From Nemertoderma westbladi (Eukaryota; Animalia; Xenacoelomorpha), in assembly GCA_032718475.1 (NCBI GenBank), contig JAUCBJ010007863.1, positions 1 to 64,000 of the forward strand: a DNA stretch of 64,000 nt. Direction: 5' to 3'. Shown one piece after another: positions 1 to 10,500 of the stretch (position 1 is the stretch's first letter; the number at the start of each line of letters is the position of its first letter). Both the position numbers and the translations under genes were made by a program. Under the pieces are notes generated by a model. That model saw only the letters and a program-made list of their open reading frames with translations, was not told the origin of the DNA and did not search any database.

Positions 1-636
1 CTAGGGGTCCGTCGGTTCATCACAGAAACCCAACCACCTAGGCTTTCCGAGTCCGTTTCAGGCTCGTAGTCGCTTCGGCAGCCGAGAAACTGCTCCGAAC
101 AGTCGGTAGGCCAGTAGAGTCTAGTCGAGTCTAGTCCTTTGTCTTTCGACCCCGTCGCGTGTCCGTTCCACCCCTCACGAACCCCGAAGGGTTCGATCAT
201 CGAGAACCAGTACGGCTTGGCTAAGGGGTCTGTCGTCGGTTCCCGTCGCAAATCCCAGTACAAGCAGTCAGCGTTCCGAGTTCTTTTCAGTCTCATAGTA
301 GCTGCCGTTGACCAGAGACCGCTAAGGGCAGTTCTCGTCAAACCCGTCCTGTGGCCAGCCCTTTCGCATGTCCGTCCCACCCCTCGCGAACCCCGAAGGG
401 ATCGGTCATCGAGAACCAGTACGGCTTAGGTCAGGGGGCAGTCGTTAGTTGGCCGCCCGTTCGCGTGTCCGCTCCACCCCTCACGAACCCCGGGGTTCGA
501 TCATCGAGAACCAGAACGGCTTGGCTACTAAGGGGCCGTCGGTGCCCGTCGCAAATCCCTGACACAAGCAGTCAGCGGTCCGAGTTCTTTTCAGTCTCGT
601 AATGGCTGCTGTTGGCCAGGGACCGCTAAGGGCAGT
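1..636. repeat. Degenerate GC-rich modular repeats: module A (~63 bp) at ~155, ~364, ~461; module B (~110 bp) at ~219, ~523 and partly ~1
   Basis: Recurrent CCACCCCTC(A/G)CGAACCCCG...TCATCGAGAACCAG(T/A)ACGGCTT and CCGAGTTCTTTTCAGTCTC...GACCGCTAAGGGCAGT. Confidence 0.8.
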
Positions 637-944
637 CCTTGTCCTTTAGGCCTGGCGCATTACCAAATCCACCCCTACAGGCAGCAGGAAGTTGGCCAGG
701 GCCTAATAGTACTCAGGCTAACCTGAATACTGCTTGCATTTTCCATCCCCCCTGGCCCTTATAATTATGAAATTATTCCCGTACCCTGTAAGTTGCCCCA
801 AAGTTCGCCCATAAATCGCCCCCAGTTTATTGAATGTGCCCAAAACCCATGGTCCCGCTCCCAGTAGTAATATCGGAATAATCAATTTTAATAAAATACA
901 AAAATATTCAACTCGCGTTATGTAAAGTTGAAATACCGCGAACA
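1..944. mobile_element. Terminal part of a mobile element running off the left edge; ends ...GAAATACCGCGAACA against the satellite; last 161 bp (784-944) are the reverse complement of 6718-6878
   Basis: Sharp junction ACA|CCTTTATAAAC at 944/945; inverted match to the start of the BEL element at 6718 with 2 mismatches. Confidence 0.8.
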
Positions 945-3900
945 CCTTTATAAACTAACGTATAGAAGGTGTTTCCTTTATAAACTAACGTATAGAAAGT
1001 GTTTCCTTTATAAACTAACGTATAGAACGTGTTTCCTTTATAAACTAACGTATATAAGGTGTTTCCTTTATAAACTAACGTATATAAGGTGTTTCCTTTA
1101 TAAACTAACGTATATAAGGTGTTTCCTTTATAAACTAACGTATAGAAAGTGTTTCCTTTATAAACTAACGTATATAAGGTGTTCCATTTATAAACTAACG
1201 TATAGAAGGTGTTTCCTTTATAAACTTACGTATAGAAGGTGTTTCCTTTATAAACTAACGTATAGAAGGTGTTTCCTTTATAGACTAACGTATAGAAGGT
1301 GTTTCCTTTATAAACTAACGTATATAAGGTGTTTCCTTTATAAATTAACGTATATAAGGTGTTTCCTTTATAAACTAACGTATATAAGGTGTTTCCTTTA
1401 TAAACTAACGTATATAAGGTGTTTCCTTTATAAACTAACGTATAGAAAGTGTTTCCTTTATAAACTAACGTATAGAAGGTGTTTCCTTTATAAACTTACG
1501 TATAGAAAGTGTTTCCTTTATAAACTAACGTATAGAAGGTGTTTCCTTTATAGACTAACGTATAGAAGGTGTTTCCTTTATAAACTAACGTATATAAGGT
1601 GTTTCCTTTATAAATTAACGTATATAAGGTGTTTCCTTTATAAACTAACGTATATAAGGTGTTTCCTTTATAAACTAACGTATATAAGGTGTTTCCTTTA
1701 TAAACTAACGTATAGAAAGTGTTTCCTTTATAAACTAACGTATAGAAGGTGTTTCCTTTATAAACTAACGTATAGAAGGTGTTTCCTTTATAAACTAACG
1801 TATATAAGGTGTTTCCTTTATAAACTAACGTATATAAGGTGTTTCCTTTATAAACTAACGTATATAAGGTGTTTCCTTTATAAACTAACGTATATAAGGT
1901 GTTTCCTTTATAAACTAACGTATAGAAGGTGTTTCCTTTATAAACTAACGTATAGAAGGTGTTTCCTTTATAAACTAACGTATAGAAGGTGTTTCCTTTA
2001 TAAACTAACGTATAGAAGGTGTTTCCTTTATAAACTAACGTATATAAGGTGTTTCCTTTATAAACTAACGTATATAAGGTGTTTCCTTTATAAACTAACG
2101 TATAGAAGGTGTTTCCTTTATAAACTAACGTATAGAAGGTGTTTCCTTTATAAACTAACGTATAGAAGGTGTTTCCTTTATAAACTAACGTATAGAAGGT
2201 GTTTCCTTTATAAACTAACGTATAGAAGGTGTTTCCTTTATAAACTAACGTATAGAAGGTGTTTCCTTTATAAACTAACGTATATAAGGTGTTTCCTTTA
2301 TAAACTAACGTATATAAGGTGTTTCCTTTATAAACTAACGTATATAAGGTGTTTCCTTTATAAACTAACGTGTAGAAGGTGTTTACTTTATAAACTAACG
2401 TATAGAAGGTGTTTCCTTTATAAACTAACGTATATAAGGTGTCTCCTTTATAAACTAACGTATAAAAGGTGTTTCCTTTATAAACTAACGTATAGAAGGT
2501 GTTTCCTTTATAAACTAACGTATATAAGGTGTTTCCTTTATAAACTAACGTATATAAGGTGTTTCCTTTATAAACTAACGTATATAAGGTGTTTCCTTTA
2601 TAAACTAACGTGTAGAAGGTGTTTACTTTATAAACTAACGTATAGAAGGTGTTTCCTTTATAAACTAACGTATATAAGGTGTCTCCTTTATAAACTAACG
2701 TATAAAAGGTGTTTCCTTTATAAACTAACGTATATAAGGTGTTTCCTTTATAAACTAACGTATAAAAGGTGTTTCCTTTATAAACTAACGTATAGAAGGT
2801 GTTTCCTTTATAAACTAACGTATATAAGGTGTTTCCTTTATAAACTAACGTATATAAGGTGTTTCCTTTATAAACTAACGTATATAAGGTGTTTCCTTTA
2901 TAAACTAACGTGTAGAAGGTGTTTACTTTATAAACTAACGTATAGAAGGTGTTTCCTTTATAAACTAACGTATATAAGGTGTTTCCTTTATAAACTAACG
3001 TATATAAGGTGTTTCCTTTATAAACTAACGTATAGAAAGTGTTTCCTTTATAAACTAACGTATAGAAGGTGTTTCCTTTATAAACTAACGTATAGAAGGT
3101 GTTTCCTTTATAAACTAACGTATAGAAGGTGTTTCCTTTATAAACTAACGTGTAAAAGGTGTTTACTTTATAAACTAACGTATAGAAGGTGTTTCCTTTA
3201 TAAACTAACGTATAGAAGGTGTTTCCTTTATAAACTAACGTATAGAAGGTGTTTCCTTTATAAACTAACGTATAGAAGGTGTTTCCTTTATAAACTAACG
3301 TATAGAAGGTGTTTCCTTTATAAACTAACGTATAGAAGGTGTTTCCTTTATAAACTAACGTATATAAGGTGTTTCCTTTATAAACTAACGTATAGAAGGT
3401 GTTTCCTTTATAAACTAACGTATAGAAAGTGTTTCCTTTATAAACTAACGTATAGAAGGTGTTTCCTTTATAAACTAACGTATAGAAGGTGTTTCCTTTA
3501 TAAACTAACGTATATAAGGTGTTTCCTTTATAAACTAACGTATATAAGGTGTTTCCTTTATAAACTAACGTATATAAGGTGTTTCCTTTATAAACTAACG
3601 TATATAAGGTGTTTCCTTTATAAACTAACGTATAGAAGGTGTTTCCTTTATAAACTAACGTATAGAAGGTGTTTCCTTTATAAACTAACGTATAGAAGGT
3701 GTTTCCTTTATAAACTAACGTATAGAAGGTGTTTCCTTTATAAACTAACGTATATAAGGTGTTTCCTTTATAAACTAACGTATATAAGGTGTTTCCTTTA
3801 TAAACTAACGTATAGAAGGTGTTTCCTTTATAAACTAACGTATAGAAGGTGTTTCCTTTATAAACTAACGTATAGAAGGTGTTTCCTTTATAAACTAACG

Positions 3901-5733
3901 TATAGAAGGTGTTTCCTTTATAAACTAACGTATAGAAGGTGTTTCCTTTATAAACTAACGTATAGAAGGTGTTTCCTTTATAAACTAACGTATAGAAGGT
4001 GTTTCCTTTATAAACTAACGTATATAAGGTGTTTCCTTTATAAACTAACGTATATAAGGTGTTTCCTTTATAAACTAACGTATATAAGGTGTTTCCTTTA
4101 TAAACTAACGTGTAGAAGGTGTTTACTTTATAAACTAACGTATAGAAGGTGTTTCCTTTATAAACTAACGTATATAAGGTGTCTCCTTTATAAACTAACG
4201 TATAAAAGGTGTTTCCTTTATAAACTAACGTATAGAAGGTGTTTCCTTTATAAACTAACGTATATAAGGTGTTTCCTTTATAAACTAACGTATATAAGGT
4301 GTTTCCTTTATAAACTAACGTATATAAGGTGTTTCCTTTATAAACTAACGTGTAGAAGGTGTTTACTTTATAAACTAACGTATAGAAGGTGTTTCCTTTA
4401 TAAACTAACGTATATAAGGTGTCTCCTTTATAAACTAACGTATAAAAGGTGTTTCCTTTATAAACTAACGTATATAAGGTGTTTCCTTTATAAACTAACG
4501 TATAAAAGGTGTTTCCTTTATAAACTAACGTATAGAAGGTGTTTCCTTTATAAACTAACGTATATAAGGTGTTTCCTTTATAAACTAACGTATATAAGGT
4601 GTTTCCTTTATAAACTAACGTATATAAGGTGTTTCCTTTATAAACTAACGTGTAGAAGGTGTTTACTTTATAAACTAACGTATAGATGGTGTTTCCTTTA
4701 TAAACTAACGTATATAAGGTGTTTCCTTTATAAACTAACGTATATAAGGTGTTTCCTTTATAAACTAACGTATAGAAAGTGTTTCCTTTATAAACTAACG
4801 TATAGAAGGTGTTTCCTTTATAAACTAACGTATAGAAGGTGTTTCCTTTATAAACTAACGTATAGAAGGTGTTTCCTTTATAAACTAACGTGTAAAAGGT
4901 GTTTACTTTATAAACTAACGTATAGAAGGTGTTTACTTTATAAACTAACGTATAGAAGGTGTTTCCTTTATAAACTAACGTATAGAAGGTGTTTCCTTTA
5001 TAAACTAACGTATAGAAGGTGTTTCCTTTATAAACTAACGTATAGAAGGTGTCTCCTTTATAAACTAACGTATAGAAAGTGTTTCCTTTATAAACTAACG
5101 TATAGAAGGTGTTTCCTTTATAAACTAACGTATAGAAGGTGTTTCCTTTATAAACTAACGTATAGAAAGTGTTTCCTTTATAAACTAACGTATAGAAGGA
5201 GTTTCCTTTATAAACTAACGTGTAGAAGGTGTTTCCTTTATAAACTAACGTATATAGAAGGTGTTTCCTTTATAAACTAACGTGTAGAAGGTGTTTCCTT
5301 TATAAAATAACGTATATAAGGTGTTTCCTTTATAAACTAACGTGTAGAAGGTGTTTCCTTTATAAACTAACGTATAGAAGGTGTTTCCTTTATAAACTAA
5401 CGTATATAAGGTGTTTCCTTTATAAATTAACGTATAGAAGGTGTTTCCTTTTTAAACTAACGTATAGAAAGTGTTCCCTTTATAAACTAACGTATAGAAA
5501 GTGTTTCCTTTATAAACTAACGTATAGAAGGTGTTTCCTTTATAAACTAACGTATAGAAGGTGTTTCCTTTATAAACTAACGTATATAAGGTGTTTCCTT
5601 TATAAATTAACGTATAGAAGGTGTTTCCTTTATAAACTAACGTATAGAAAGTGTTTCCTTTATAGACTAACGTATAGAAGGTGTTTCCTTTATAAACTAA
5701 CGTGTAGAAGGTGTTTCCTTTATAAACTAACGT
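945..5733 (+). repeat. 30-bp satellite array 1 (CCTTTATAAACTAACGTATAGAAGGTGTTT)n
   Basis: About 160 near-identical tandem units with recurrent single-base variants. Confidence 0.99.
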
Positions 5734-6632
5734 GGCTTTCCGAGTCCGTTTCAGGCTCGTAGTCGCTTCGGCAGCCGAGAAACTGCTCCGAACAGTCGGT
5801 AGGCCAGTAGAGTCTAGTCGAGTCCTTTGTCTTTCGACCCCGTCGCGTGTCCGTTCCACCCCTCACGAACCCCGAAGGGTTCGATCATCGAGAACCAGTA
5901 CGGCTTGGCTAAGGGGTCTGTCGTCGGTTCCCGTCGCAAATCCCAGTACAAGCAGTCAGCGTTCCGAGTTCTTTTCAGTCTTGTAGTAGCTGCCGTTGAC
6001 CAGAGACCGCTAAGGGCAGTTCTCGTCAAACCCGTCCTGTGGCCAGCCCTTTCGCATGTCCGTCCCACCCCTCGCGAACCCCGAAGGGATCGGTCATTGA
6101 GAACCAGTACGGCTTAGGTCAGGGGGCAGTCGTTAGTTGGCCGCCCGTTCGCGTGTCCGCTCCACCCCTCACGAACCCCGGGGTTCGATCATCGAGAACC
6201 AGAACGGCTTGGCTACTAAGGGGCCGTCGGTGCCCGTCGCAAATCCCTGACACAAGCAGTCAGCGGTCCGAGTTCTTTTCAGTCTCGTAATGGCTGCTGT
6301 TGGCCAGGGACCGCTAAGGGCAGTCCTTGTCCTTTAGGCCTGGCGCATTACCAAATCCACCCCTACAGGCAGCAGGAAGTTGGCCAGGGCCTAATAGTAC
6401 TCAGGCTAACCTGAATACTGCTTGCATTTTCCATCCCCCCTGGCCCTTATAACTATGAAATTATTCCCGTACCCTGTAAGTTGCCCCAAAGTTCGCCCAT
6501 AAATCGCCCCCAGTTTATTGAATGTGCCCAAAACCCATGGTCCCGCTCCCAGTAGTAATATCGGAATAATCAATTTTAATAAAATACAAAAATATTCAAC
6601 TCGCGTTATGTAAAGTTGAAATACCGCGAACA
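5734..6632. mobile_element. Second, left-truncated copy of the element end at 41-944
   Basis: Near-identical to 41-944 (5-bp indel, few SNPs); same ACA|CCTTT junction; followed by the same rare satellite variant TAGAACGT. Confidence 0.95.
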
Positions 6633-6717
6633 CCTTTATAAACTAACGTATAGAAAGTGTTTCCTTTATAAACTAACGTATAGAACGTGTTTCCTTTATA
6701 AACTAACGTATATAAGG
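6633..6717 (+). repeat. Short satellite spacer (~3 units) between two inverted 161-bp termini
   Basis: Direct reading. Confidence 0.95.
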
Positions 6718-7401
6718 TGTTCGCGGTATTTCAACTTTCCATAACGCGAGTTGAATATTTTTGTATTTTATTAAAATTGATTATTCCGATATTACTACTG
6801 GGTGCGGGACCATGGGTTTTGGGCACATTCAATAAACTGGGGGCGATTTATGGGCGAACTTTGGGGCAACTTACAGGGGATTTATATTATCGTGTATACT
6901 TATTGTGAATATTTGGTGTATATTGATTTGGGGAAGCCCAAAATTATTCTTAATCAGGTTTGCAACTATAGGAAGTTACATTAAAGAGTATATCCAACTA
7001 ATGCAGCTTTTCTCAACCGCAAACTTGCATCTTAGAAATATTCCCTCCCCACAATCAATATCCGGTGACTGGCCGGGGCTCGGTGGTCTGTTAAGTCACG
7101 TCTCCAGCATCGGCGTTTTTCCCCTTGGTGTAGGAATAACGGCAACAAAATTAAGAATAATTCACGTGGTTAATTTTGACAGGGTGTCAAAATTAAGAAT
7201 AATTATCGCGGTCAACTTCAACTGGTGGAAGTTGAGAATCCTTCAATACTCTTCAAAAACTCTCTACGTGCTTGCCAGCACCCACTACGAGGAAACTCTG
7301 GTATTTGAGTTGAGACAAAGTCGTGGTTTAATTAAACAACAAACTCGATCTAACCAACTCGTAGTCGGCAGATCACAATTCGGGAGAGTTGTTAACAGGG
7401 A

Positions 7402-7593
7402 ATGGAAGTATCGATCACACCCATTGATATAATTCAAGTTGAGCCAGGAATCTGGCACGTCGAAGTTGAGGTACAAGGAACGAACGTTGGACGATTCAGG
7501 ATTACTGTTCGGGTGGTCCAAGCTGAGTACAATACCTACGAGGAACTGTTTTACGACATCGCGTATCTCGCCATCGACGAGGCCTTACAATGA
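7402..7593 (+). CDS. Small upstream ORF (63 aa, unknown function) whose stop overlaps the gag start (ATGA)
   Basis: GGAATGG start context; TGA 7591-7593 overlaps ATG 7590-7592; no known motif. Confidence 0.45.
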   Translation: MEVSITPIDIIQVEPGIWHVEVEVQGTNVGRFRITVRVVQAEYNTYEELFYDIAYLAIDEALQ

Positions 7594-10500
7594 CCACAAA
7601 TAACATATCCGATACCGACGAGATGGATCACCACACAGACTCGGAAGCCGACGAGGTCCCAAACGTCAAGAACATGACCCGTCGGTTAGGGGCTCTTAAA
7701 GGCGGAGTAACCCGAGCGTATCAACGGATGGAGAAACAACTCAAGGGAGTCAAAACCCCCCTCAATGAGGTACAAACTCAGCTTCAAAGTATCCGAAATA
7801 TCCTACAGCGGTACGAAAGAATGATACAGGCGTACCAAGAGCTCGTTCCTCCCACCGATCAGGAAAACTACCCCAAGCTGAAAGAACACGTTGTACATCT
7901 AGACGGATTCCGCAAACAACACCGGAGGACCCTCAGCCTGGTGAGAGGCTATGAGGAGCAGTATTACAAGAGGGCTGAAAGAACAGACGCGGAATCAGTA
8001 CGATCCTCCAGCATCAGGACAGGAGTACATCACAAGAGAATGGGGTCCACCAGAAATCAGCACTCCAGCGCTAGGAGCGAGATATCCGGCTCAGCGCGCA
8101 GTTCTCAAGGGGCGCCGCCACTCCGAGACCAACTGAGAGAACGGAAGGCATTAGCCCTCAAAGCTCGGATGGAAGATGAGTATATTCAACTGCAAGCCGA
8201 GCAAGACGTACTAGCCGCCGAAACACAGAGGCGAGAGGCCGAACAAGCGGCCGAACGACAGGCCGAACAACGCGAACAGGAGGCCGAACAACATAGACGA
8301 GAGGCCGAACGACAGGCCGAACAACGCAAACAGGAGGCCGAACAACGCGAACAGGAGGCCGAACGGCAGGCCGAACAACGCAAACAGGAGGCCGAACGGC
8401 AGGCCGAACAACATAGACGAGAGGCCGAACGGCAGGCCGAACAACGCAAACAGGAGGCCGAACGGCAGGCCGAACAACATAGAAGAGAGGACGAACGACA
8501 GGCCGAACAACGCAAACAGGAGGCCGAACAACGCGGACGAGAGGCCGAACGAGAGATCGAACAACGTAAATGGGAAGCGGAAATGCGTAAACAACACGCC
8601 GAGGCCCAAGCAATTCTCATCCACAAAAAGAATGCGGATATTGCAAAACTCGCATAATACGAAGCCGCACTTATCGAACGAGATATTCAAATCTACGAGG
8701 ACTGGGAAAGGGATATAGATCAGGAATATGAACCAATTCCGGTACCGGAGTTAGAAAAGTCATTTACACCAACAGCGGCGAAACCTCCGAAACCCGAGAT
8801 CCCGCCTACCAAACAGTCTACGCTATCGGCACAAGCCCCGGTGTTCCATCCCCCACCAGCTACGCTAAAGAATGAGGAACCTTATTTCCCATCCAACACC
8901 ACGACAGCGAGTGTACCCAAGTACGAGCCTGAAAAGGACTCGGAACGGGACGCCACTCCCCGATCAAATAACCCGTTTACATCGACACCACAAACTCGTA
9001 GCCGCGTCATTATTAAAACTCCACCTATTATTGATCCATCAAGTATGGGAGTGAGTGCCAATAACTATAACCCTCCGAGTCACTCCAGTTCAGATGACGT
9101 CAGCATCATCCGGGCGTTGGAGAACCGCCTTGCCATGCCTAAGATGGAGATTCGCACCTTCGAAGGAGATCCCGTCGATTACCTCAGATTCAAGAAACGG
9201 TTCTTCGCGCAGATTGGATCAACGGACATAGCCGACGCACAGAAATTGGTATACTTATCGCAATACCTGGGTGACAAACCACGCAGAATTGTTGCATGTT
9301 TTGAAGGAGGTTCTCATGAGGCATACTATGATGCATGGAAAACTCTGGATAAAAGATACGGAAATACCGGAACTATAATTAATAAAACTCTAGAGAGACT
9401 GATACAGGACGCGGGATCACTAGGAGACCCACAGAACATACAGGAATTCTCCGACTCTATGAAGGATGCCTACTATACTCTGAAACCCTTGAATAAGGAG
9501 GACCAGGTGAACAACATTCTAAACCTCCGACAGATTGCCCGGAAGTTCCCCGGATGGCTACAAAGCAAGTGGGCTTATAAATGTGTAGACCTCCGGCGCA
9601 GACATCCAGATCGAGATCCTAGCTTCCTTGAGATGTCGGCATTCCTGGACGATATCTCCGAAGCCATGAATGACTCGATGTTTTCCAAACAAAGTCTCGC
9701 AAAGTTGGACGGAATAGAGAGCAACTCCAGGAGTAAGATAACCCCTCCGAAACCAAGATTCCGACCCCCACCGGTGAGTACGATGGCCATCACCATGGCT
9801 GAGGATTCCGACGACGAAGACTACGAGGAACCGACATCCGCCGAGGAATGGGCATGTTATCTCGCGAATTGGGCACCCGAAAGGGAAGGCATCACAAATT
9901 CCCTGCTCTGTCTCTTCTGTGGGGAGAAACATAAAGTGGAATTCTGCAGAAAGTTTCAGTTCGCCGACCTCGTCCCACGCTTCGAGGCGATAATGAAACA
10001 CCGAGGATGCTTCCGGTGTCTTGGAACAGGTCACTACGTTCGGGATTGCGACCAAAGGTCGTGCTGTGCTGTCTGTAACGACCAACGCCATCACACGCTC
10101 CTCCACATCCCCGCGAACTTCGATTTTACTACCCTCCCCTTTCGGATCGAAGCCAAGCGAAGAGGAGAAACAAACCACGTCTTCAAAGGAACCCGGACAA
10201 CCCAACGGAGAGAAACCAACCCGTTTAAAATCTCAACCAATACACCACAAGTAACAAATATTTCGGCCACGATTAACCTTATAAATCGCCGCTACATGGT
10301 TTTCGCAAAGGTAATCCCAGTAAGGATCCAAGGAGTCGGCAAATCTTTGACGACACTCGCGTTCCTCGATAACGGGTCCGACGGAACCATCATCGACCGG
10401 GATTTTCTCGAACAACTCGGACTAGAATATGAACCTTGTAAACGGCCCATACAAACCATCACCGATAACAGAGAGGTAGAGTCCGGGGAGGTGCAACTCC

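Noticed and set aside
139-945. Short ORFs in the element end and their duplicates at 5732-6908
   Set aside because: Non-ATG starts, overlapping frames over degenerate repeats or the inverted terminus, no motifs.
928-5280. 1450-aa ORF (LYKLTYRRCF)n and similar ORFs at 12389-14569, 19489-23577, 31997-32983, 38805-39560
   Set aside because: A 30-bp unit is stop-free in one frame per strand; 31- and 32-bp variants break the frame freely, so there is no sign of coding constraint.
8158-8690. Minus-strand hydrophobic or Cys-rich repeat ORFs
   Set aside because: Antisense shadows of the Gag coiled-coil repeat.
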